DNA from: Hypanus sabinus
Taxonomy: Eukaryota
Assembly: GCF_030144855.1 (NCBI RefSeq)
Contig: NC_082706.1
Span: forward strand, 110,298,001 to 110,362,000
Length of the DNA: 64,000 nt
Reading direction: 5' to 3'
In this document: positions 13,253 to 24,039 of the stretch, in pieces
Position numbering within the stretch: the stretch's first letter is position 1
Layout: each line of letters begins with the position of its first letter
Notes under the pieces: generated by a model
Told to the model about the DNA's origin: nothing
The model's input: the letters and a program-made list of their open reading frames with translations, nothing else
Databases searched by the model: none
Program-made: the position numbers and the translations under genes

Positions 13253-14929
13253 TAACTGCATTAACTCCATTTTTTATTCTACCCACATACGCTCTTCAAT
13301 CCCACCCCTTCCACCACATTGATTCTACCACGTACCTACACAGCAGGGGCAATTTAGCCTACCGAATGATTCATTTCACTGTCTGCTTCAATATACACAT
13401 GGTAAATAAACTTGAATCTTGAATTGCATGTCTCTGGGGTGAGCGTAAAAGCCTATGCTGCCACAGGGAATTCATTCTCAGAATTGAACCCAGCTCACTG
13501 GCGTTCTGTGGTAGTGGCTCTACCCACTGTGCTTGTCTGCCATCTTGAGGTGGCAGTGCCTCAGCTACTATCTAAATACAGTCTGATGAGATTAAAGGGT
13601 AGGAATATTAAAGGCAAAGTTTCACAGGTAACTAAAGTAAAACAGACGTCAGGTGTTTTAGGAAAAAAGTGAAAATCATCCTGATAACAGGAAATTCAGA
13701 ATGGAAGAAAAATGGAACATGGAGAGACAAAGGGAAAGCACATCAAACGTAAAGAGAAATCCTACAATATTCAATAACGATATGAATAGGAAAGGGGACG
13801 AAGCAAAAGGTGAGTCTAATCAGAGGAAATATGTTCCTGGAGGCAGAGAACATGGCTGATGTACTAGATAAAATAAAAGAGAAAAATTATGGAGATAATC
13901 AACAGGTAAAGTAACATCAGTGAAGAGAGAAACAGCTAAATTTTCAGGTCAATGAACTTGCAGCAGAAGAGTGCTTTAGGGAAGATATATTGAGATTTTT
14001 GAATGGGTTAAAATTTGAGCAGGGAAGATAGTAGGAAGGTTGGCTGCATTTAACAATTAATTAATCATTTTCAGGTGGGATACCTCATAAGTTGCTGAAA
14101 GAAATAAGGGAGGAAGTTTGAAAGGTACTGGCCTCAAGAAAGGTGCAGAGAGAACAGAGGGGCACAATATTGTCAATCATGTGGATTTGTGTATAGATTT
14201 ATTAGAGGCAAATCATGTCTAACAAACTTAATAGCTCTTGATTGTTTGTAGAATCTTGCCTAGCTTGCTAATATTATTACCTTATAGTTTATGTTCTGTC
14301 CTGAAGACTGCACAATTTTCTTACATATACTGAAAGTTCAATTTCCACAATGCAGTTCTGGATGAATATTACTCCAGTAACCTAGTAAGATGTAGCACCG
14401 AAGCAAGTCTACAAAGATTGGTCCAGCCTAACCCTGGGTGCAAATGAAGTTTCATAGCAATTCTATAATCACAGATCAAAGATGCTAAGATGAACACATG
14501 AGTTATCATTTCAAGTGTTTGTATAAACACAAAGCATTTGACTACATACCAAGTGTACAGAGTTCATCAGTATGAAAGCAAATGCCACGAATTGTGTACA
14601 TTGGTCAATCATTAACTTGTGTGCAAAGTTTGTCGACAATGCAGAGCAATACCTCCTCGGACACCACTACTATAGTTAAATTTACAGGAAAAATAATGAA
14701 AAAATTAAGTCTGTACTGATTTCGTACAATTATAAAAGGTATTTGCTTTTTCCTCATCACAGAGAGGAAGTAATGGATGACAGTGTCTTTATACATCACT
14801 TTGTAAATTGGTTATGAGATTAAAATACAATGTAGAAACCACATTTTGTGTTGTTAATTAGAATCGATATCTTTGTTCAAAGCCATGTCCTGTCCCTATT
14901 AGCAATGACCCTACTGGGAATATTTCATA

Positions 14930-15735
14930 GATGCCCCTGCCCCATTGCAACAGGGACATTGAGGTGCAGATCGAGAGGCAAATTTTTGAAAGATACAAAA
15001 ATAACATGGTTGTTGTCATGAGTAACTTCAGCTTCCCTGATATTAATTTGGCACCTTGTCAATACAAAACTTTTAGATGGCAGATAATTTGTTCAGTGTC
15101 GACTGAGAAGTGACTTACCCATAGAAGTCAAAGGGTAGATATAGATGGAGCATATTCTGTCTGCAGATGAATAACCAATGGTCTGTGACTCCTGCTCTTT
15201 GTGGTGTTGGATGAGGAAGTTGGATAAGGAAGTGGAAAGGTGGGTTAGTAAGTTGGCAAATGACATGAAGATCACTGGTGTTGTGGATAGTGTAGAAGAT
15301 TGCCATGGGTTACAGAAGGACAACGAAAGGACACAGAACTGGGCTGGGATGTGGTAGTTAGAGGTCAATCCGGAAAAGTGTGAAGCGATTCACTTTGGAA
15401 GTTCAAACTTAAAGGCAGAATACAGGATTAATGGCAGGATTCTTAGCAATGTAGGATGACAGAGTGATCTTGGTATTCATGCCTATAAGTCATTCAAAGT
15501 TGCAGTGAAAGTTGATAACATTGTTAAGAAAGTGTATGGTGTCTTAGTGTTCTTTAGTTGGGGATTAAGTTCAAGAGCCACAAGGCAATGCTGCAGCTCC
15601 ATATAACCCATGTTAGACCACACTTGGCCTACGGTGCTCAGCTTTGGTTGCCTCATTATAGGAAGGATGTGGACATTTAAGGAGGGTGCAGAGGGGAAGA
15701 TAGGTTGAGTGGCTAGAGCTTTTCTCCTTGGAGAG
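14930..15735 (+). mobile_element. Decayed, internally deleted CR1 LINE
   Basis: EN fragment VVVMSNFSFPDIN and RT fragments. Confidence 0.7.
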
Positions 15736-15889
15736 AAGGAGGATGAATTATTTGGTGAATATGAATTACAGGACAATGAGCAGCTTTTGGACATTGTTAT
15801 TGCTTTTTTTTGCATTATTTATTATATTTTTATTGTAATTTATAGTGATTTTTTATGCCTTACACGATGTGATTCTGATTGTGATGGAT

Positions 15890-16330
15890 AGCACTGCACA
15901 CACTCAATGGAAGAGTGCAGGGATGCAAGCAAGTGGCTTCTGTTGTTTTTCATTGTTGTCCACACCAGTGATTAACACATTTCAAAGAAGGTGATAAGGA
16001 TCTTTCATCTTGAAGAGGCCATCGTCAACTTGTGAGCACACCACTGAGGTCTGCCTCCCATTGCAATCAGTCACCGTGGCAAATAACATACACCCAGCTA
16101 CCAATTGACATAGAGGTATTTAGGTGTTCCTCCCTATCTCTGTCCCAACAGCAAGCTAGGGTTAAAGTAAGTGTCCTATGGTACTGGGATGCTTACATTA
16201 ACCCCAGTGCTACAGTCTCCTGGTCATATTACCACATTTCCCTGTGTTCACGTTTTCCACATAGAAGTTCCAGTACAACTTCAGGCATTTGATTATATCA
16301 TTCACTGCTCTCTGCGTGGCTATTATTGGA
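15890..16330 (+). mobile_element. Decayed Penelope-like element fragment
   Basis: YIIHCSLRG resembles the Neptune GIY-YIG start (IYCIxCxxC); a Cys-linker remnant lies upstream. Confidence 0.45.
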
Positions 16331-16368
16331 GTATAAAAGTTTCATTGTTTGCTGTGTAACCAAAACTA

Positions 16369-16737
16369 TATCGTCAGCTTTGAACTTGCTATTTGCTATG
16401 CATGTATCCAATTTAGTAGGAGAATGAAATCTTAAGAATGTAGAAGACAATGGTGTGTTAATGAGAGGTAGCTAAGAGATGTAGATTAGAACAGGATTAA
16501 GTCAATGGGTAGAAACAATAGTGGCGGATGTACTTGTGATACGCAACTGTAGACCGATTGGATATGCTAATGCAACTAAACCAGGAGATTGCTATAAAAA
16601 ATGCTATATACAAGGATCGGTGGGCAATCGGCGACTAGCTCACTGTCTCAGCTTTGATTTGCAGATTAAAATTTAAACTCTTCTTAAAAAATCTTCTGTG
16701 TCTCCTGGTCGTTTGTGGGGCACGAGAAACCACGACA
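16369..16737 (+). mobile_element. Probable solo LTR
   Basis: Internal CTATAAAA and ATTAAA; ends ...CACGACA. The 5' boundary and TSD are not clean. Confidence 0.4.
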
Positions 16738-16850
16738 CTATTTGAAAAGCCAAGTCAAATGACATCAGAATGATATGACTGTGCTTGGTACGGTGGCCTT
16801 ATGAGATGCAGCTTTCCTTGGGTATCTCGTCGACTTCTTTTTGGAATTCC

Positions 16851-17374
16851 CTGTCGGCCCTCCTTATCCGCGGGTTCTGCATGAGCGGATTCAGCCAACC
16901 TCAGATCGGGAAAACCCGGAAGTTGAGCATTGTTTGCCTCACATCTCGTTCGTTCGCTAATTGTGTTGTGAGCGAGAGGAAGGAGTTTAAGGCTAGTAAG
17001 GAATGGCTGGCTAGCTACGTAAAGTGCTACAGCCTCAAGAACTTAAAGATTACAGGAGAATCGGGATTGGCTGATGCCAAGGCAGCATCAGCATTCCCNN
17101 NNNNNNNNNNNNNNNNNNNNNNNNNNNNNNNNNNNNNNNNNNNNNNNNNNNNNNNNNNNNNNNNNNNNNNNNNNNNNNNNNNNNNNNNNNNNNNNNNNNN
17201 NNNNNNNNNNNNNNNNNNNNNNNNNNNNNNNNNNNNNNNNNNNNNNNNNNNNNNNNNNNNNNNNNNNNNNNNNNNNNNNNNNNNNNNNNNNNNNNNNNNN
17301 NNNNNNNNNNNNNNNNNNNNNNNNCGGGGGGGGGGACCCAGAACCAATCCCCCACCAATGAGGAGGGCCAACTG
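16851..17374 (+). mobile_element. Tigger/pogo-like DNA transposon derivative spanning the assembly gap
   Basis: TIRs CTGTCGGCCCTCC.../...GGAGGGCCAACTG|TA. Transposase fragment FKASKEWLASYVKCYSLKNLKITGESGLADAKAA (CENP-B-type HTH end). Confidence 0.8.
17099..17324. other. Assembly gap (226 N)
   Basis: Run of N. Confidence 1.
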
Positions 17375-17599
17375 TAGTCAAACCAACATTGTATAACAGC
17401 AGGAAGCAGTTATTGATCAATGACTTGCAACCTTTCCAGGATCAAATTGCCAATTCAAGTTAATCATGCAATATATGAAATGTCCACAAGGAGGGGATGT
17501 AGAATACCACAGTTTCTGTAGGGACCAATCATCGATAAAAGTTCAAAATAAATTATCAGGATTAAAAGAGTATTTAATTCCATCACAAGTGGGATTTAC

Positions 17600-17878
17600 T
17601 GCCCATTATGCTGCTGAATCTAGAGCAGCAATGAAGCTCCTCCATCTCTTTCTGTGCATGTTTCCATAACAATGTTTTTGGGTTGTTAGTCCTAAGCTGA
17701 ACCCTCAAACCTGGAGAACTAGTGGACCTGTCTAAGTCTGGCTTCTACCCTTTGACAGGCTTGGCATGGGTGACCTGACCAAGAGCCAAAGCACAAGGTC
17801 TTGTCTCTAGCCAACATAACTCTCTATGTCTTTGAGACACACAAGCCTCCAAACCCCATGATAAGGTTGTGGTCCAAG
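17600..17878 (-). mobile_element. RTE-clade (Rex3/Expander-like) 5' UTR fragment or derived SINE
   Basis: The - strand reads CCTTATCATGGGGTTTGGAGGCTTGTGTGTCTCAA...GTCACCCATGCCAA, resembling recalled RTE 5' ends. Confidence 0.45.
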
Positions 17879-17914
17879 GGTTGCTATAAATTCCTCATTT
17901 GATCTACCAGTTTT

Positions 17915-19605
17915 ATCTATATGAAGAATAAAAGGGTGACTAGGGAGAGAGCATGCTCTGTTGGAGATCAGCAAGGTTGCCTAAGTCTTGAGCGCAAGGG
18001 ATGTGTGGGACTTTTAATAAATTTTCTCCTCAGTGTTTACCGAAGAGAACATTGTGATTGTTCAGGGATAAGTGAAACAAATGGTGCACACGCATATTTC
18101 CAGGGAGGAGGTACTTGCACTAAGGTGGATAAATCCGCAGGGCATTCCCGAGTGCTTCATTGGATTTTGTGAGAGGCTAGAGTGGAACTTGTAGAGGCCC
18201 CTGTAGAGATATTTGATTCATTGCTAGCCACAGGTGAAGTTCCCAAAGACCGGAATATGGCTAATGTTATTCCATTGTTTAAGAACTAAAGCAAGGAGGA
18301 GTCAGGGAACTACAGGTTAGTCAGCCTGAAATTGCTGGAGAGAATTCTCAGTGACAGGATCTACCAGCACTTGGGCAGAGTCTGATTAGGAATAGTCAGC
18401 ATGGCTTTGTGTGGAAAGTCACACTTGACAAACTTGTAGAGATTGCTGAAGATGTTACAGAAAATGTAAATGAGAAAAGGGCCATGAGTGTGTCCATGAA
18501 GCAAGACTCCTCATTGTAGGCTGGTCTGGAAGGTTAGGTCCCATAAAATCCAGGGAGAACTAGTTAGACAGATTCAAAATTGGCATTGAATTGGAGAAGG
18601 GAAGCAGATGTGTTGGTTGAAGGTTGTTTCTTTGAAAGGAGGTTGATGGTGTACCACAAGGGTCAGTTTTGGGACCTTTGTATTATATATACATATATAT
18701 ATAAATGATTTGGATGCGAATGCCCAATGCTTCATGCGAATGCTTCATTGGAAAGTTTGCAGATGACATGAAATTAAGAGGTCTTGTTGATAGTGAAGAA
18801 GGTTATTGTAGATTATAGGGGTATCTGAAGAGGCAGGTGGATTTCAATACAAATAAATGTGAGATGATGCATTTTAGAAAATCAAACCAGCATAGGACTT
18901 ATACCTTGAATGGTAGCTTATTAGGGATTTTAATGGAACGGAGAGACTTAGGACTGCAGGTGCATAATACATTGAAAGCAAAATCATAGGTAGACAGGGT
19001 TGTGAAAAAGGCATTTAGTACTCTGGCCTTCATTGGTTAGAGTGTTGTGTATCGGAGTTGGGTCATCATGTTGCAATTGTATAAGTCATTGGTGAGGCTG
19101 CCCTTGGGTTCGTACAGTTTGGTCATCCACTTATTGGAAAATCTTGGTTAAACTGGAAAGAGTGTGGTAAAGATTTACAAAGATTTTGCTAGGACTAGAG
19201 AGTCTGCATTATAGGTAAAAGCTGACCAGTTTATTTCTTGGAATGTAGGAGAATGAGGGACAACTTTACAGAGGTATTTAAAATTATGAGGTGGACAGTA
19301 ATAATCTTTTCCCCAGGGTAGCAACTAGATGGCATAGCTTTAGGGTGAGAGAGGAAAGACTTAAAAGGGACAGGAGGGGCAACATTTTTGCACAGAAGGT
19401 GGTGAATATATGGAACAGGCTGCCTAAAGAAGTGGTTAAGGCAGGTACAATAATATCATTTATGAAACACCTGGATGGGAACATTGAGAGACAAGCCTTC
19501 ATGTTATATGAGCTGAATGCAGGAAATTGGGAATAGTTAGATGGGCACTATGGTTAGCATGAACTCATTGGGCTCGATGGCCTGTATCCATGACTCTAGA
19601 CTCTA
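17915..19605 (+). mobile_element. Decayed CR1 LINE ORF2 and 3' end
   Basis: [17 protein letters not shown] and KFADD remnants; FAQKVVNIWNRLP; (GACTCTA) tail. Confidence 0.85.
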
Positions 19606-21179
19606 TAAATAAAACCAGCTTGATAAGCATTCAGCTAATGCTGCTGCTTTGAATCCACAATCAACCAAACACTAGAGAATGCTGGACAGGAATGACAAAC
19701 ACAAGAAAATGTGAGCAATTATCAGGTATTTATTCATACATTAACATGTAAAATTATATCCTGTGTTTTCCATGTTGCTGACATGACTGGCCAGAAGTTG
19801 GCCTGTTCCATTTTTAGAGTACCAGTGTCTGAATTAATTCTGGATTACACCATTCACCAACAATGATCATCTGATTTCTGAGAATTATTCTTGGCATACA
19901 CCTTCGGCCTAGCACCATTGCCAACTCTTCTGGTCTTCATGGTTACACATTTCTTTTCCCCAAACTGGCAGTCAATGCTTTTATTGCTTGTGCTTCATAT
20001 TGCCACCCCCACCCCACTCCCAGTGTTTTTCATGGTGAGGAATTTTCTCATTCTGTATACATTTTAAAGGTTTGTAGCATTATACAGTCAGTCTCAAAAC
20101 ATGGCCGTCAGGGAAGATGGAAGAGCTGAAAGGTTAAAATTTTTGATGGTCTTTGCTGCAGTGTGAGTCACTACACCTGCATCTAACTCTCAGACAGCGC
20201 CTGCGATAATCCATGTTCCTCGTGGACAAAGAGTTGCTGGCACATCAGCTAGCACAGAATTTAACAGTTAAACCTAATGTGAAGAAGCCTTGAGGGAAGC
20301 AATGTCACTTACTAGGAGAAAAAAACAGGATAAACGGCAGCTCAAATGCAGACCGCATTCATAGACAGCCGAGAAGTGCATAATCAAGCATTTGACTCTT
20401 ATACTCCAGACAGAATGTTATGTTCTTCATGGCAGACAACACATTAGTAAAACAGGATTCTACTGAAAATTTGCAAGCATTAGGTATTATCATCTGTAGA
20501 CCATAAAACATCATTCCGTCAATGGAAACTAGACCTGATGACTATAGGTACACCTTGAAGCCTTCTTCTGTTAGTTCTCAGTTCTTTGGAAAATAATTAG
20601 AAGCTTGCCCTCACCTTTTACCCCTCCTCCAGCTCCTCTTCATTTGCTTAGTATTGGTCCACCCTGGAGCTCCTGGTGTCTTGAATGTTGGTCAATTTGC
20701 TCTTGCAAGCGATCACCAGGCTTATCAGCTGGATAGATTATGCACAGCAGACGAACACAACATGCATAACTCTGGCTGCTGAACATTACAGAAAGCCAAC
20801 CAGTGTAGGCAAATAAAATGTATTTTGAGCAGCCCTGTTGCAGTCTCGATAAAGCTCGTGGTAGTGGTGTCAACATTCATTCTCTTTGGCTGTGTTTGGA
20901 GGTCTGAGCAGAGTAAACATCCACTTCAGCCCCTTTTGCCCAAAGTGCATCTTACAGGAAAAATGGGCACTGAACATGGGGCAGGGTGACTGGTGAAGAA
21001 TGCGTAAAGTGTAAGCATAGCTAGAATTGAGCATTAGAGAGGACTTCAATTGTCTAGCACCAGCTGGAGATTGTGAGATTGCATTCCCTTCTTGCTAATG
21101 TATATTTATTTGTTGTGATTGAGAACTATAATGCCTGTAGGTGGAGAACATGTGCGGCTACACTAATGGCAGTATACAA

Positions 21180-21333
21180 CAGAAGGTCTTTTAAGAGACT
21201 TTTAGATAGGTACATGGAGCTTAATAAAATAGAGGGCTATAGGTAAGCCTAGTAATTTCTAAGGTAGGGACATGTTTGGCTCAACTTTGTGGGCCGAAGG
21301 CCTTGTATTGTGCTGTAGGTTTTTTATGTTTCT
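21180..21333 (+). mobile_element. CR1 3' UTR fragment
   Basis: Same tail family as 8085-8210 and 26740-26890. Confidence 0.7.
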
Positions 21334-21647
21334 AAGCAAGTGCCTGTACCTGCTCCTGTGGACTGAAGAAACAGTAAATACTTCATTCACTATGACCTCC
21401 CTAGTGCAATGGGTTGTTTTCAAACATTGACATGTGAGTACAGCAGCCATCTAGAATGATCCTGAGATCAGGAAGATGAGAGTTATGGTAGGAGTGGTGC
21501 CTGGATGGAGCCATTGTTACAATGCCACGTCATCCACGAAGAGGAAGATTTTGGTTTAGAACATGGGTTTTGGAAGTTAATTGTCTGCAAGAGTGCCAGA
21601 AGGAGCAAAGAAGATTCAGTATGGAGAGTGACCATTGTACAGGGGAA

Positions 21648-21880
21648 GCACGGTTAAGGGAGGATATTGTCTCTCCATGCACGGTTAAGGGAGGATATTG
21701 TCTCTCCATGCACGGTTAAGAGAGGATATTGTCTCTCCATGCACGGTTCAGGGAGGATATTGTCTCTCCATGCACGGTTAAGGGAGGATATTGTCTCTCC
21801 ATGCACAGTTAAGGGAGGATATTGTCTCTCCATGCATGGTTAAGGGAGGATTTTGTCTCTCCATGCACAGTTAAGGGAGG
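21648..21880 (+). repeat. 31-bp minisatellite, about 7.5 copies
   Basis: Unit GCACGGTTAAGGGAGGATATTGTCTCTCCAT with few substitutions and no spacers. Confidence 0.97.
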
Positions 21881-22242
21881 CAACCCCTTAAATTGAGAAC
21901 ATAGCTGAAATAGCTTTGCTACTCTTCTAACTGTTCCATTGTAAAGCTTCACCCTTTTGAGCTATCCAGAGAACAGAGCAAGTGAATGGGGATGTTTTGG
22001 GAAATGAGATCTTGTTGAAAAGCTAATCTGATAAATTACAAAAGCTCAGTCCAACACTGGTAGTTAAGAGAGACAAATAGTTGAAATTACTGTGAAATGG
22101 TGCCAGCAAGAATCTGAAGAAGTTTGAGAGAACCATACACTGACTAAGGATTAGAATTACAAGTAGCAAGCTGCACAAGTAGCAATGAGTAATGAACCGA
22201 TGTTTGGAAGGTATGCAGAGAAATGTACAAAAAGCTGCCTTA

Positions 22243-23610
22243 CAGACAGACAGACAGACACATATACTTTATTGATCCTGATGGAAATTGGGTTTCATTA
22301 CAGTTACACCAACCAAGAATAGAGTAGAAATATAGCAAAATAAAACCAGAAATAATTAAATAATAGTAAGTAAATTATGCCAAGTGGAAATTAGTCCAGG
22401 ACCAGCCTATTGGCTCAGGGTGTCTGACACTCCGAGGGAGGAGTTGTAAAGTTTGATGGCCACAGGTAGGAATGACTTCCTATGACGCTTAGTGTTGCAT
22501 CTCGGTGGAATGAGTCTCTGGGCTGAATGTACTCCTGTGCCTGACCAGTACATTATGGAGAGGATAGGAGACATTGTCCAAGATGGCATGCAACTTGGAC
22601 AGCATCCTCTTTTCAGACACCACCGTCAAAGAGTCCAGTTCCACCCCCACAACATCACTGGCCTTATGAATGAGTTTGTTGATTCTGTTGGTGTCTGCTA
22701 CCCTTAGCCTGCTGCCCCAGCACGCAATAGTAAACATGATAGCACTGGCCACCACAGACTCGTAGAACATCCTCAGCATCATCCGGCAGATGTTAAAGGA
22801 CCTCAGGAAATAGAGACGGCTCTGACCCTTCTTGTAGACAGCCTCAGTGTTCTTTGACCAGTCCAGTTTATTGTCAATTCGTATCACCAGGTACTTATAA
22901 TCCTCCACCGTGTCCACACTGACCCCTTGGATGGAAACAGGAGTCACCGGTGCCTTAGCCCTCCTCAGGTCCACCACCAGCTCCTTAGTCTTTTTCCACA
23001 TTAAGCTGCAGATGAGTCTGCTCGCACCATGTGACAAAGTTTCCCACCGTAGCCCTGTACTCAGCCTCATCTCCCTTGCTGATGCGTCCAACTATGTCAG
23101 AGTCATCAGAAAACTTCTGAAGATGGCAAGACTCTGTGCAGTAGTTGATGCACCATCAATAACTCACACTGAGACGTAAGGCGAGATATCGGCTTTTATT
23201 GACTGGAAGAAGGAACCAGGAGTGAGTGTCCATCATACTATGTCCTGGAGACTGAGGCCGAGCATCAGGCCTCAGATCGCCTTTATACAGGGGCCTGTCC
23301 AGACAGGCACATAGTTCACCACAGTAGTTGAAGTCTGAGGTGTAGATGGTGAGGAGAAAGGGAGACAGGACAGTCCCCTGTGGAACCCTAGTGCTGCTGA
23401 CCACTCTGTCTGACACACAGTGTTGCAAGCACACGTACTGTGGTCTGCCAGTCAGGTAATCAATAATCCATGACACCAGGGAAGCATCCACCTGCATCAC
23501 TGTCAACTTCTCACCCAGCAGAGCAGGGTGGCTGGTGTTGAACGCACTGGAAAAGTAAAAAACATGACCTTCACAGTGCTAATCGGCTTGTCCAGGTGGG
23601 CGTAGACAGA
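22243..23610 (-). mobile_element. Rex1/Babar-clade LINE, interrupted by a solo LTR
   Basis: PQGTVLSPFL, KTKELVVDLRR, YKYL and QSRLYFLR motifs; 3' (CTGT)n tail. Confidence 0.88.
23146..23323 (-). mobile_element. 178-bp solo LTR
   Basis: TG...CA termini, 5-bp TSD GTAGT (23141-23145 / 23324-23328), TATAAA and AATAAA on the - strand. Confidence 0.85.
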
Positions 23611-23654
23611 GAATGAGTGGCATTGACTCCAGAGACCAACAGCTAAAGAAGAAA

Positions 23655-23921
23655 GCAACACACAAAAAATGCTGGAGGAACTCAGCAGGCCAGGCAGCAT
23701 CTACGGAAAAGAGTAAACAGTCGATGTCTTGGGCTAGGGCCCTTCTTCTGGACTCTGATTTCTTACTCTGACTTCTCATCTTTTTTTCCCAGTCCTGATG
23801 ACGGGTCTCAGCCTGAAACGTTGACTGTTTACCTTTTTCCATAGATGCTTCCCAGCCTGCTGAGTTCCTCCAACATTTTGTGTGTGTTGCTTGCATTTCC
23901 AGCCTCTGCAGATTTTCTCAT
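23655..23921 (+). mobile_element. Penelope-derived palindromic element
   Basis: Inverted arms flanking a hammerhead motif. Confidence 0.75.
23790..23827 (+). ncRNA. Minimal type I hammerhead ribozyme motif (Penelope pLTR-type)
   Basis: CAGUC-CUGAUGA-C-GGG(UCUCAG)CCU-GAAAC-GUU-GACUG: intact core, 5-bp stem I, short stem II, palindromic ACGU stem III. Confidence 0.6.
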
Positions 23922-24039
23922 CTTTGGGGAGCTAAGATCAAAGGAAAGCAAACAGAACAGTTGTGTAGTTAAACGAGTTGTGAATCTAAAGATTTAATGA
24001 ATCCTGTTTGAAACTACATAGAGAATATTTCAGTTGTTT

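Noticed and set aside
14355-14800. Possible small + strand exons (LDEYYSSNLVRC..., KNNEKIKSVLISYNYK)
   Set aside because: No recognisable protein and no consistent exon chain.
16785-17420. Long ORFs across the N run
   Set aside because: Artefacts of the gap; only a short Tigger transposase fragment is real.
20616-20780. Exon-like segment on the - strand (AAG|GTGAGG donor)
   Set aside because: All three frames contain stops between the plausible acceptor and the donor.
21648-21880. CRISPR-like array
   Set aside because: The units are contiguous with no unique spacers, and the context is eukaryotic; it is a minisatellite.
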